NCBI GenBank assembly: GCA_037139735.1
Contig: JBAXFU010000001.1
Coordinates: 4,603-68,602 of the forward strand
Length of the DNA: 64,000 nucleotides
Direction: 5' to 3'
Source of the DNA: Phycisphaerae bacterium
GTDB taxonomy: Bacteria; Planctomycetota; Phycisphaerae; Phycisphaerales; UBA1924
Below, piece by piece: positions 8,879-18,305 of the stretch (its first letter is position 1; every line of letters begins with the position of its first letter). The translations under genes and the position numbers were made by a program. The notes under the pieces are model-generated. The model was not told the DNA's origin. It did not search any database and saw only the letters and a list, made by a program, of their open reading frames with translations.

Positions 8879-10870
8879 TCAGGGCTGCACCACAACGGCG
8901 TCACGGCCTTCGACCACGACGCCTCCTCCGATCGACGCACGGATCACGCCCGCCTGATCGCCGGGCACGAACCCGCAGTCGCCGGTCCGGAATCCATACA
9001 GCATGTCGGGCCGTCCGTCGCGGTTCACGTCGAGCACGCGGCCGGGACGAACCGGCGAGGCCTCGGTTCCCGATCGGCCGAACCGCACACTGGCGGGCTG
9101 GAGCTGGGCCACGCTCACGGTGTCGGTGCCCATGATGGCGACATAGATCGTGTAGGGCTTCGAGAGCGACACGAGGTTGGGGTTGAAGCCGGGCGTGATC
9201 TCCACCGGAACGGCGACAGGCGCTGCGACCGTGAGGTCGTAGAGGACCGGCGTCTCGGTCACGCCCGGCCCGCGAAAGAGCGTCGTGCGCATCTCGATGT
9301 AACGCCCCTGCACGCCCCGCCCATGGAACGAGACGCCATTGGCCACCTGCATGAATGGCACCGACGTGAGCCCGGAGATCGTGTCGGCCGCGCGGACCAT
9401 CGTGACGACGCCGGTGCCTTGCGGCTCGGAACTGGTCCATGACACGGTGCCCCAATCGAGGCCCGCCAACCTGCCGTCATAGACGACCGTCCACGTGCCC
9501 TGCTGGCTCGTCAGGCCGACGGCAACGGCACCGGTCATGTCGGAGTAGTTGTACGGACCCGCCCCGCCGCCCAGCGAGACCGTCAGATCCACCGCGCCCA
9601 GGCCGTCGCCCCCGCCGTGGGGATCGATTCGCATCACGTCGTGCGAGTTGTAGTTGGTGACCCACACCTTTCCGTTGGCGTCGCGAGCCACGCCCGTGGG
9701 GTGGTTGCCGACCGGAATCTGCTTGAGGAGGGCCCCGTTGTTGGTGAACCGGCCGACCGTGTTCGAGTAGCTGCACGCGACCCACACGTTGTCGTCGACG
9801 GGCGTGACGGCCACGCCGCGGCCGCCGCTGGCGCCAAGGCCCACCGGGAAGCCCGGAAAGACCGTGCCGCTTGGCGAAAGCTTGAAGAGACTGTTGTCGG
9901 TCCAGTTGGCGTTCCAGATGTTGCCTTGAGAATCGGCCCCCAATCCGTAGGTGAGTCGGCCGAGATTGATGACCGACCCGCTGTCCGTGGCCGGGTCGTA
10001 TCGGAGCAAGGCTCGCTGGTTCAGGCTGGCGGACCAGAGGATGCCGTGTCCATCGACCAGGCCGCCGTATCCGCCGCAGCCGAAGCGGCCCGCGACATCG
10101 AGGCTGGCGAGCACGGCGCCAGTGTCGCCGTTGAGTTTCACGAAGCGGGAGGGCGAGTACCCGGGAAACCCGCCCGCCCAGAGGTTGTTCTGGCCGTCGA
10201 TCGAGACATGCCGGATCTCGGCGGCGCCTGGCGTGCGGGCGTAGACGATGATCGTCTCGTCGTCGGCGGTGCTCACGCCGCCGTCGTTGTCGGCGCCCCC
10301 GGCGTTGGACCAGTCGAGGATGTCCCCCAGGCCTCGCGAGGTCCGGATCAGGCCGTCGCCGTCGCGGTCGACGGCCGTGCTGTACGCGAAGGGCGGCTGG
10401 AGGTACTGCCCGTTGGGATTGGGCGAGAAACCGCCGCCGGCAACCTTGTCGCCCCGCGTGCCGCCGATGACGATGCCGATCTTGATGACCGAACCGTTGC
10501 CGTTCGCGTTTTCATTGCGATTCCCGCACCAGACGTTGCCGTAGAGGTCGACGGTGGTGCGAGAGGGATTCCGCCCGCGTCCATTTGGAGACGAGAGGTA
10601 CTCGCCGAGCACCTGCCCCGTGTTCGTCTCGATGCGGACGATCGTGCCTCGATCGGAGCAGGCCACGCAGAGGAAAGGCAGCGGCTCGGCCGTGGGGTTG
10701 AGTTGAAGCTGATGGTTGAAGGGCGGATTGTGGTTGAGGTTGGCGAGAGCCCCCTCGTCGAAGTCTGGATCCAGCGTGTAGGTGCGGACCTGTGCCGCCG
10801 CCAGTCCCGAGATGCACGACAACACCCCTGCGACCAGCGTGAGGGAACAACGATCGACGCGACGTGGCAT
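8879..10870 (-). CDS. Secreted beta-propeller repeat protein (NHL/Vgb-like repeats) with C-terminal Ig-like and VCBS-like region
   Basis: ATG at 10870 (MPRRVDRCSLTLVAGVLSCISGLAAAQ). Repeated G.IW/NVW.. propeller-blade motifs. C-terminal VLDVNRDGRPDMLYGF. Confidence 0.7.
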   Translation of the reverse strand: MPRRVDRCSLTLVAGVLSCISGLAAAQVRTYTLDPDFDEGALANLNHNPPFNHQLQLNPTAEPLPFLCVACSDRGTIVRIETNTGQVLGEYLSSPNGRGRNPSRTTVDLYGNVWCGNRNENANGNGSVIKIGIVIGGTRGDKVAGGGFSPNPNGQYLQPPFAYSTAVDRDGDGLIRTSRGLGDILDWSNAGGADNDGGVSTADDETIIVYARTPGAAEIRHVSIDGQNNLWAGGFPGYSPSRFVKLNGDTGAVLASLDVAGRFGCGGYGGLVDGHGILWSASLNQRALLRYDPATDSGSVINLGRLTYGLGADSQGNIWNANWTDNSLFKLSPSGTVFPGFPVGLGASGGRGVAVTPVDDNVWVACSYSNTVGRFTNNGALLKQIPVGNHPTGVARDANGKVWVTNYNSHDVMRIDPHGGGDGLGAVDLTVSLGGGAGPYNYSDMTGAVAVGLTSQQGTWTVVYDGRLAGLDWGTVSWTSSEPQGTGVVTMVRAADTISGLTSVPFMQVANGVSFHGRGVQGRYIEMRTTLFRGPGVTETPVLYDLTVAAPVAVPVEITPGFNPNLVSLSKPYTIYVAIMGTDTVSVAQLQPASVRFGRSGTEASPVRPGRVLDVNRDGRPDMLYGFRTGDCGFVPGDQAGVIRASIGGGVVVEGRDAVVVQP

Positions 10871-11015
10871 GTTCTGTCTCCTTCTCCGTCGGCCACGGGA
10901 TGACGGCCCGTCGCTCGACAGGTCGATCATGGCCGTTCTTCGTCATCTCCGCTACGGGGAAGTTTCCCTGTGGAGGCTCCTGCGCCGCCAACCTGTGGCC
11001 GACCGTGTGCGACTC

Positions 11016-11032
11016 ATACCCCCCTGGGGTAT
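11016..11032. promoter_or_regulatory. CsoR-type operator ATACCCC-CCT-GGGGTAT overlapping a TATCAT -10-like hexamer
   Basis: Two 7-bp inverted arms separated by 3 bp, 30 nt upstream of the csoR start. G/C-tract pseudo-palindromes flanked by TA/AT are the known CsoR operator type. Confidence 0.7.
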
Positions 11033-11061
11033 CATCCGACGACGATTCGCGAGACCTCTCG

Positions 11062-11442
11062 ATGGCCCGACGACTTCCGACCCGCACACGACGCCTCGCA
11101 TCCCGCACCGCCGCCTGCTGCCAGGAGCCGGCGACCCGCTGCGCAGGCGAGCCGAGAAAGGCCGTGGCCGTCGACGCGTCGATCAAGGCGGCCAACCTCA
11201 GGCACCTTCGCCGCATCGAGGGACAGATCCGAGGCATCGCGGCGATGATCGAGCAGGACCGCTACTGCGCGGACATCATGACGCAGGTGGCCGCGGCAAG
11301 GGAGTCGCTGCGCACCGTCGCCAACACCCTGCTCGCCAATCACCTCAAGCACTGCGCCGCCGCGGCGCTGGCGGGCGACGCCTTGCGTCGAGACGCGATG
11401 ATCGACGAACTGACTTCGCTGATGAGCCGCCTGAATCGATGA
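11062..11442 (+). CDS. csoR: Copper-sensing transcriptional repressor, CsoR/RcnR (DUF156) family
   Basis: ANLRHLRRIEGQIRGIAAMIEQDRYCADIMTQVAAARESL...NHLKHC carries the RIEGQ motif and C...H...C ligand pattern. ATG at 11062 adds a Cys-rich N-terminal extension (AACCQEPATRC). Confidence 0.85.
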   Translation: MARRLPTRTRRLASRTAACCQEPATRCAGEPRKAVAVDASIKAANLRHLRRIEGQIRGIAAMIEQDRYCADIMTQVAAARESLRTVANTLLANHLKHCAAAALAGDALRRDAMIDELTSLMSRLNR

Positions 11443-11452
11443 ACCGCACGAC

Positions 11453-11818
11453 ATGGAGCCCGCCATGACCCGTCACGCACCCGCCATCGCCACGCTCGCC
11501 TTGATGTCGCTCGTCTGGAGCGGCGGAGGCTGCTCCCAACGACGCGATGCCGCGGCCGTCGCCGACGCCGCCACGGACGACAAGCCCCTTGAGGGCCGCG
11601 AAGCCGTGCTCACCATCTTCGGGATGTCCTGCCCCCTGTGCGCGAACAACGTGGACAAGACGCTGGCCGCCGTGCCCGGGGTGTCGATGGTGCATGTCGA
11701 CATGGGCGCGGGCAGGGCACGCATCGCGATCGACGGCTCGAAGCCGGTGACGAGGCGTCAACTGGCCGCGGCGGTCGATCGCAGCGGCTTCACCCTGAAG
11801 GGAATCGAGACGCCGTGA
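11453..11818 (+). CDS. Heavy-metal-associated (HMA) domain lipoprotein, CopZ-like
   Basis: Signal/lipobox-like ALMSLVWSGGGC. HMA motif FGMSCPLCANNVDKTL (a GMxCxxC variant). Starts 10 nt after the csoR stop. Confidence 0.8.
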   Translation: MEPAMTRHAPAIATLALMSLVWSGGGCSQRRDAAAVADAATDDKPLEGREAVLTIFGMSCPLCANNVDKTLAAVPGVSMVHVDMGAGRARIAIDGSKPVTRRQLAAAVDRSGFTLKGIETP

Positions 11819-11853
11819 GGCCCCCGCTCCGGTCGCGTTCACGAGCACGACGA

Positions 11854-12684
11854 ATGAATCACCAGGCACGTCACGCCATCCTGGCTCTCGCCGCAGCGGC
11901 CTCCTCCGCCGCCGCGCAGGAGGCCACGAACACCCCCGCCGCCACGCAACCGGCCCAGGGCCACCTCGCCTTCCGCGAACGGCTGCAGTACGTCAGGCTC
12001 GGCGACGACCCCTCCCCCGAGCGCCGCGACATCGACACGTTCGTGGCGACGACCACGCTGACGTACGGCGTGCGGCGGGACATGGCGGCGAGCCTCGATC
12101 TGCCGTTGGCGTTCGTCTCGTTCGACGCCCCCGCCGGCGGCGAGGAAGACTTCGGCGTCAACGACCTGGCATTGACCGTCAAGTACCGTCCCTTCCAGCG
12201 AGACCTCGGTCCGATCGATTCGCTGCGATTGGCCGTGTACGGGGGCGTCGAGATCCCCAGCGGCGACGGCGACTTCTCAAGCCACTCGTGGGATCCGTTC
12301 GTCGGCTGCGTCTTCACGGCCATCCTGGGTCGACACGGCATCAATCAGTCGATCTCGTACAAGTTCAACACCGGCGGCGATCTCTTCACGATGCGAGCGG
12401 GTGATGGTCGCGACGACGCGTTGCGGTACGACACCGCCTACCTCTTCCGGGTGAGCCCGGTCGAGTACGCCGCGGACACGACCGCCGCGCTCTACGCGAC
12501 GGTCGAACTCAACGGGTTGTACGAGACGGGCGGCGACAACGAGGTGATGCTCGGACCGGGCGTGCTCTACGAAGCGAAGACCTTCGCGGCGGAGGCCGCC
12601 TTCGGCGTTCCGGTCGTGCAGGACGTGCAGGAACGGCCTGAAACGAAGCTGACCCTGACGGTCGGCGTGCGTCTGCTGTTCTGA
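11854..12684 (+). CDS. Putative outer-membrane beta-barrel protein
   Basis: ATG at 11854. Signal MNHQARHAILALAAAASSAAAQ. Amphipathic strands alternate throughout and the protein ends in a terminal aromatic ...GVRLLF. Confidence 0.65.
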   Translation: MNHQARHAILALAAAASSAAAQEATNTPAATQPAQGHLAFRERLQYVRLGDDPSPERRDIDTFVATTTLTYGVRRDMAASLDLPLAFVSFDAPAGGEEDFGVNDLALTVKYRPFQRDLGPIDSLRLAVYGGVEIPSGDGDFSSHSWDPFVGCVFTAILGRHGINQSISYKFNTGGDLFTMRAGDGRDDALRYDTAYLFRVSPVEYAADTTAALYATVELNGLYETGGDNEVMLGPGVLYEAKTFAAEAAFGVPVVQDVQERPETKLTLTVGVRLLF

Positions 12685-12697
12685 GGGATCGCCTTCG

Positions 12698-14227
12698 TCA
12701 GGGCTCGGCCACGGGCACCGCCGTCGGCACGGTGACCTTCGGCTTCACGGGCACCACGTGAATGTGGAAGGGGAGCGAACTGGTCCCCACCGGCATGAGC
12801 CGCAGCGTGACGGTCGTGCGCTCGCCGGGCACCAACGCCAGCGGGGACTCGACGGCCGCCTCCTCGGCAAGCCCCTTGACGGGCGCGAGTAATGATCGCG
12901 TGTCGTCGGGAAGGTCGTCCTTCCGCCACGGCCCCGCCCACTGCACGAAGAGCGGCCTTGACGCGACCTGGTCTCGCGTGGCGGGCGACTTGCCGATCTG
13001 GAACTGCCACGCGAGTCCGACGTCGGCGTCGTGCTTGCCGAATCGCAGGTCGACCAACGCGGCATCTCCCGACGACCCCGGATTGACGAGCGTGAGGGTG
13101 ACGAGATATTCCACCTGGTAGTTGCCCACCGTGTCGGCGTGCACATATCCGGGGTGGAGTAGCATGTCGCCGGTCTGTCGCGCCTGCGGACAGTCCCGCG
13201 TCTGCACGGCGGGGGCCGCCATGAGGAAGGAGAGGCCGGCGGGACCGAACGCTTTTTCGGCGCGGGGCAGCGTGCTGACGTCGATCACCATCTCGTCGCT
13301 CCGCCACAGGAAGCTCCTCGAGACGCCGCCGACGCGACGAACGTGACACGCCGGCGGCGGGATCTGCAGGTCCATGCCCGCCTCGCCCGATTGCGCACCG
13401 CGGGCCATCGCCTCGACGCACGCGCGATCAAAGCCCTCGCGGGGCGTCGCCGCGTCGATGGCCACCACCGCCACCTCGATCGACGGCCGAAGCCCCGGCG
13501 ACGACTCGAACTCGCCCTGCACCATGCCGGTGAAGAAGTCGCTTTTCGAGCGGTCGGGATCGTCGGCCGGCGCGTCCGTGACGCTGAGGCGAGGTGACCA
13601 ACCGATGACCCGCCCTTCACCTGCGGGAATCTCGACACGATCGAGGATGCGGTCCCACCGGTTCGCGAGCATGCGGAGGCTCAATCGCGATTCCGGTCCG
13701 TCGGCCTTGGCCATCACGCCGTGGGACTCCATGATCTGTCGCGGCTTGATCGTCACCGACGCGTCGCCGAGGTTGCGGGCGTGCACGAGGACGCGACGGG
13801 AACGAGGGGCCTGCCCTTCGTAGTTGAGGTGGTAGACGAAGACCTCGAAGCGGTCATCGATGGTCGTGAACCCCAGATTGCGTTGACGCCGCTGCGACTC
13901 GATGACCGGCTCGCCCGCCTTGGTCAGGAACTCCGGGAGGACCGGAGCGGTCGAATACAGCACGCCGATCGACGTCAGCATCTCCGGCAGGTCCGAATCG
14001 ATCCGATAGACCGAGTCGGGGTTGGGCTCGGCTCGTCCCGGAAGGAGAAAGCCAAAGCACCGGGTGCACGGGTCGCTCCCCGACAAGGGCGTGAGGGGAG
14101 AGATCGGCTTGAGGACGGTCTTGCCTTCGGGTGCCTGCGCCGATGCCTGACCGCCAAGGCCCAACACCATCGCCGCACAAAGGGCCAGGAGCGAATGGAA
14201 CGACACCGGACGCGGGATGTTCGTCAT
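12698..14227 (-). CDS. Hypothetical secreted protein (509 aa)
   Basis: Signal MTNIPRPVSFHSLLALCAAMVLGLGGQASAQA. The composition looks coding but I recognise no confident domain. Confidence 0.7.
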   Translation of the reverse strand: MTNIPRPVSFHSLLALCAAMVLGLGGQASAQAPEGKTVLKPISPLTPLSGSDPCTRCFGFLLPGRAEPNPDSVYRIDSDLPEMLTSIGVLYSTAPVLPEFLTKAGEPVIESQRRQRNLGFTTIDDRFEVFVYHLNYEGQAPRSRRVLVHARNLGDASVTIKPRQIMESHGVMAKADGPESRLSLRMLANRWDRILDRVEIPAGEGRVIGWSPRLSVTDAPADDPDRSKSDFFTGMVQGEFESSPGLRPSIEVAVVAIDAATPREGFDRACVEAMARGAQSGEAGMDLQIPPPACHVRRVGGVSRSFLWRSDEMVIDVSTLPRAEKAFGPAGLSFLMAAPAVQTRDCPQARQTGDMLLHPGYVHADTVGNYQVEYLVTLTLVNPGSSGDAALVDLRFGKHDADVGLAWQFQIGKSPATRDQVASRPLFVQWAGPWRKDDLPDDTRSLLAPVKGLAEEAAVESPLALVPGERTTVTLRLMPVGTSSLPFHIHVVPVKPKVTVPTAVPVAEP

Positions 14228-14362
14228 GCGGCGATGGTATGGGTTCGCGGCCGGGATGGTTCGGCGGATCGCTAGGGATTCCGGCCGTCGACGCGGCCGA
14301 AGCGGGACGTCGCATGGTCGACGAGGTGGACGGGGCGGGCGGCCGCTCCAACGCCATGCCGC

Positions 14363-15889
14363 TCAGTCGGCGGGCACGCACCGATTGGTCGCCCACTCGC
14401 GGAGCGCGGCGACCTTCTCGGCCATGGTGACCGAGAGCGGCGGGCTGTCTCGCAGCGCCTGAAGCACGTCGGCGGTCTTGACGAAGGCCCCCGCGTCGGT
14501 TCGTCTGGCGGCGAAGACGACGTGAAGCGCGCCAAGCACGGCCTGCTCGATCTCCGCGCCGCTGTACCCCTCGCTGGCCGCGGCGAGGGCTTGCAGGTCG
14601 AAGGAAGCAACCTCGAGTTTCCGCTTGGCCAGATGAATGCGGAAGATCTGCTCTCTCGCCTCCGCGCCGGGCAGGTCCACGAAGAAGATCTCGTCGAAGC
14701 GACCCTTGCGAAGCAGTTCGGGAGGAAGCGCCTCGATGTCGTTGGCGGTCGCCACGAGGAAGACCGGGCTGCGATGCTCCTGCATCCAGTTCAGCATGGT
14801 GCCGAACATGCGGCGGGAGAGCCCCCCGTCGTTGCTGGTGCTCGACGCGCTCGCGAAGCCCTTCTCGATCTCGTCGATCCAGAGCACCACGGGACTCATG
14901 GCCTCGGCCTGCGCGAGAGCGTCCCTCAGGCGGCGCTCGCTCTCGCCGACGTACTTGTCGTAGAGGATCGAGGGATCGAGCTTCATCAGCGGACGCTTCC
15001 ACGCGGCGGCGATGGCCTTGGCCGTGAGACTCTTGCCCGCGCCCTGAACGCCCAGCAGGAGCACGCCCCGGGGAGGCACGAGGCCGAACTCGGCGGCTTG
15101 CTCTCCGAAGGCCGCGCCTCGCTGGTCAAGCCACGCCTTCAGCCGCTTCAGCCCGCCGACATCGTCGATGCTGGCGGGCACGTCGACGTGCTCGAGCAGA
15201 CCAGCCGACTGCAGCAACCGACGCTTCTCCCGGATGACGTTCATGATGTCGGCGGCGTCGAGCGTCTTGTCGTTCGCGACCGCAGAGGCGACGACCTGCT
15301 CCACCTGGCGGCGGCCAAGTCCGCGAAGATTGGCGACGATGGCCTCGAAGTGCTGCTTGGAGATCTCGGTCTTGAGGGGCGTGCGACGATTGATGCGACG
15401 AAGCGTCTGGCGGGCGATCTCCTCGACGACCGCATCGTCGGGCGGCGCGACGTGATGGACCGTGCTCGATGCCAGCACCGACTGATTCGTCGCCTCGGAG
15501 TGATCGACCATCGCGAGGAAGACCTTGCCTTCGAGCTCGCCCACCGCCCCGCCGTGATGAAAGAACTCGACAAGTTCCCTCCACGCCCGGAGGACTCGCT
15601 TGTCGTCGAAGAAGTCGAGCAAGTCAAGCGTGATGCACATCGACGGGGCCTTGATGTTGGCCCGCCACCAGGCGAGGGCCGCACCCGGGTTGTCGGTGCC
15701 GACCATGGGCTTGGAGTCGGCCAGCCGCGCGGGTCGGATGCCGGTGGTGACCGACCAGAGATAGGGCTCGAGCTTCATGTCCGCCGCGCAGTCGAGGACC
15801 ATGCGAACCGCTTCCGTCTCCTCGCTCGTCGGGATTCGGACGCAGGTGTGGCGGCTCTCGAAGGTCCGGCGGAGGCGGAGTGGATCCAT
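14363..15889 (-). CDS. AAA+ ATPase, Ycf46-like family
   Basis: Walker A GVQGAGKS, Walker B VVLWIDEIEKGF, and RFDEIFFVDLP. The ~500-aa architecture with an N-terminal non-ATPase domain resembles Ycf46. ATG at 15889; the alternative GTG at 15940 overlaps the adh stop (GTGA). Confidence 0.85.
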   Translation of the reverse strand: MDPLRLRRTFESRHTCVRIPTSEETEAVRMVLDCAADMKLEPYLWSVTTGIRPARLADSKPMVGTDNPGAALAWWRANIKAPSMCITLDLLDFFDDKRVLRAWRELVEFFHHGGAVGELEGKVFLAMVDHSEATNQSVLASSTVHHVAPPDDAVVEEIARQTLRRINRRTPLKTEISKQHFEAIVANLRGLGRRQVEQVVASAVANDKTLDAADIMNVIREKRRLLQSAGLLEHVDVPASIDDVGGLKRLKAWLDQRGAAFGEQAAEFGLVPPRGVLLLGVQGAGKSLTAKAIAAAWKRPLMKLDPSILYDKYVGESERRLRDALAQAEAMSPVVLWIDEIEKGFASASSTSNDGGLSRRMFGTMLNWMQEHRSPVFLVATANDIEALPPELLRKGRFDEIFFVDLPGAEAREQIFRIHLAKRKLEVASFDLQALAAASEGYSGAEIEQAVLGALHVVFAARRTDAGAFVKTADVLQALRDSPPLSVTMAEKVAALREWATNRCVPAD

Positions 15890-15936
15890 GGTTGAGTCGA
15901 TGGTACCGCGGAAGCGACTCGATGGGTGCCGCCGGG

Positions 15937-16983
15937 TCACCCGTTGAGGGTGGCCATGTCGATGACGAACCGGTAACGCACGTCGCTGCGGAGCATGCGT
16001 TCGTACGCCTCGTTGATGCGGCGGATGTCGATCACCTCGACATCGCAGGCGATGCCATGCGTGCCGCAGTAGTCGAGCATCTCCTGCGTCTCGGCGATGC
16101 CGCCGATGAGCGATCCGGCCAGGTGCTTCCTGGGCATCAGGAGGCTGAACACGGCGACGGCCTGCGGCGCGGGCGGCACCCCCACCATCACCATCGTGCC
16201 GTCAAGCTTCACCTGCCCGAGCAGCGCGTTGACGTCGTGATCTGCCGAGACCGTGTCGACGATCAGGTCGAAGCTGCCGGCGTGGCGACTCATCGCGTTC
16301 GCGTCAGTGGAGATCACCACCTCGTCGGCCCCGAGGCGACGGCCGTCGGCCGCCTTCGAGGGACTCGTGGTGAAGAGCACGGCGTGGGCCCCCAGCGACT
16401 TGGCGAACTTCACCCCCATGTGACCAAGGCCCCCCAGCCCGACGATGCCCACCTTCTTGCCGGGCCCGGCCTTCCAGTGCCTGAGCGGCGACCATGTGGT
16501 GATGCCCGCGCACAGGAGCGGTGCGGCCGAGGCAGGATCGAGGTTCGAAGGCACCTTGAGCGTGAAGGCCTCGTCGACGACGACCCGCTCCGAATAACCC
16601 CCGAAGGTCATCCCGCCGAGGTGCGGGTCCGGTCCGTTATAGGTGAACACTGCCCCGCCGGTGCAGAACTGCTCGAGCCCGCGTCGGCAGCATTCGCACG
16701 AGCGGCACGAGTCGACCAGGCACCCGACAGCCGCCAGATCGCCGGGCTTGAACTTGCTGACCTTGGCTCCGACGCGGGTCACCCGTCCGAGAATTTCATG
16801 GCCCGGCACCACCGGATAGGCCGTCATGCCCCACTCGTTGCGGGCAAAGTGCAGGTCGGAGTGGCACACGCCGCAGTACAGGATGTCGATCTCGACGTCG
16901 GACGCAAGCGGTTCGCGGCGCTCAATGGCGTGAGGACCGAGCGGAGTCGACGGGGAGAAGGCGGCAAAGGCGCGGGTGGGCAT
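15937..16983 (-). CDS. Zinc-dependent NAD(P) alcohol dehydrogenase (cinnamyl-ADH/YahK-like)
   Basis: GVCHSDLHFARNEWG, PGHEILGRV, a structural-Zn Cys cluster CRSCECCRRGLEQFC, and GLGGLGHMG. Confidence 0.9.
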   Translation of the reverse strand: MPTRAFAAFSPSTPLGPHAIERREPLASDVEIDILYCGVCHSDLHFARNEWGMTAYPVVPGHEILGRVTRVGAKVSKFKPGDLAAVGCLVDSCRSCECCRRGLEQFCTGGAVFTYNGPDPHLGGMTFGGYSERVVVDEAFTLKVPSNLDPASAAPLLCAGITTWSPLRHWKAGPGKKVGIVGLGGLGHMGVKFAKSLGAHAVLFTTSPSKAADGRRLGADEVVISTDANAMSRHAGSFDLIVDTVSADHDVNALLGQVKLDGTMVMVGVPPAPQAVAVFSLLMPRKHLAGSLIGGIAETQEMLDYCGTHGIACDVEVIDIRRINEAYERMLRSDVRYRFVIDMATLNG

Positions 16984-17048
16984 GGCCGCTGATGCTACGC
17001 CTCGCCGTTGGGGTGCGGTCTAGCCGCCGCTCGTCGTCCCGCGGCCGT

Positions 17049-17065
17049 GGCGGCTATTAGCCGCC
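17049..17065. promoter_or_regulatory. Palindrome GGCGGCTA-T-TAGCCGCC in the divergent adh/solA promoter region (candidate operator)
   Basis: Perfect 8-bp arms. A third TAGCCGCC half-site lies at 17021-17028. Confidence 0.35.
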
Positions 17066-17110
17066 GGCGTCGCTAAGGTCCGCGAGAGAGGCGAGGGGTA
17101 TGCTCTCCTC

Positions 17111-18271
17111 ATGGGAGCAGGGCCTCGCGTGCTGGTGGTCGGATTGGGCGCGGCCGGGTCGGCGTCGCTCGTGGCGTTGGCCCGCCGGGGCGTCGAGTGC
17201 ATCGGCATCGATCGATTCTCGCCGCCCCACGAGCACGGCTCGTCGCATGGCCTGTCGCGCCTGATCCGCCTGTGCTATTACGAGCATCCGGATTACGTGC
17301 CCCTTCTCCGCGAGTCGTATCGCCTGTGGAACCTGCTGCAGGCGACCACGACGTCACCGCTGCTGCGGATCACCGGCGGCCTCTACGTCGGCAGGCCCGA
17401 GGATCCTTTCATCGAGGGCTCTCGCCAAAGCGCGGTGCATCACGGACTCGCGCACGAGGTGCTTTCGAACAACGAGGTCGCCAAGCGATTTCCGCAGTTT
17501 CGGCTTGAACCGGGCGAGGTGGGCTTTCACGAGCCCACCACCGGCGTGCTCTTCCCCGAACACGCCATCGAAGCGGAGCTTCGCGAAGCCCAGCGGTTCG
17601 GCGCCGCGATCTCGCTCGGCGAGCGCGTGCTGGAATGGCGGAGTCGGGCGGGCGGCCTGACCGTCATCACCGATCGACGGCAGATCGAGGCCGACGCGGT
17701 GATCGCCTGCGCCGGCCCATGGATGCCCTCGCTGGTGCCCGGACTCGCGGAGCGTCTCGCGGTGACCAGGCAAGTCTTGGCGTGGTTCCGCCCATACGAC
17801 CCTGCACTCCTGCAGGCGGGACGAATGCCGGCGTGGGCCGTCAGCGAGCCCGACGGATCGGCCCACTACGGGTTCCCGATGTTCCCTGCCGAGTCGACGA
17901 ACTTGGAACCTCCGGGTGGCGCGGGCTTCAAGCTCGCGCTCCATCGGCGAGGGGAGGTCGCGGATCCGGACCGCGTTGATCGAGCGGTGCGAGAGGACGA
18001 ACTCGCCTCGCTCGCCAGATTCCTGCGGGATCGCATCCCGGCGGCCCTCGACAGTTCGGGAGAGACGCTCCGCACTCGCGTGTGCCTGTACACCAACACC
18101 GTCGACCAGCACTTCCTGGTTGATCGCCATCCGCAGGAGGCACGCGTCGTCGTCGTCTCCGCCTGCTCGGGACACGGATTCAAGCTCTCGCCGGCGGTCG
18201 GGGCCGCGGCCGCCGATCTGGCGGTCGACGGACGGACGAGTTTGCCCATCGAGTTTCTTCGATGGCGTTGA
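17111..18271 (+). CDS. solA: N-methyl-L-tryptophan oxidase / monomeric sarcosine oxidase family flavoprotein
   Basis: VLVVGLGAAGSA dinucleotide fold, HGSSHGLSRLIR, and the covalent-FAD site SACSGHGFK. Confidence 0.8.
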   Translation: MGAGPRVLVVGLGAAGSASLVALARRGVECIGIDRFSPPHEHGSSHGLSRLIRLCYYEHPDYVPLLRESYRLWNLLQATTTSPLLRITGGLYVGRPEDPFIEGSRQSAVHHGLAHEVLSNNEVAKRFPQFRLEPGEVGFHEPTTGVLFPEHAIEAELREAQRFGAAISLGERVLEWRSRAGGLTVITDRRQIEADAVIACAGPWMPSLVPGLAERLAVTRQVLAWFRPYDPALLQAGRMPAWAVSEPDGSAHYGFPMFPAESTNLEPPGGAGFKLALHRRGEVADPDRVDRAVREDELASLARFLRDRIPAALDSSGETLRTRVCLYTNTVDQHFLVDRHPQEARVVVVSACSGHGFKLSPAVGAAAADLAVDGRTSLPIEFLRWR

Positions 18272-18305
18272 GTCGCGGCCGGGTTCGCGGGCGGCCCTCG
18301 TCGCG

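Noticed and set aside
10957-10968. Small palindrome GGGAAGTTTCCC in the csoR upstream region
   Set aside because: The arms are only 5 bp and I know of no cognate regulator. The CsoR-type operator 50 nt downstream explains the regulation better.
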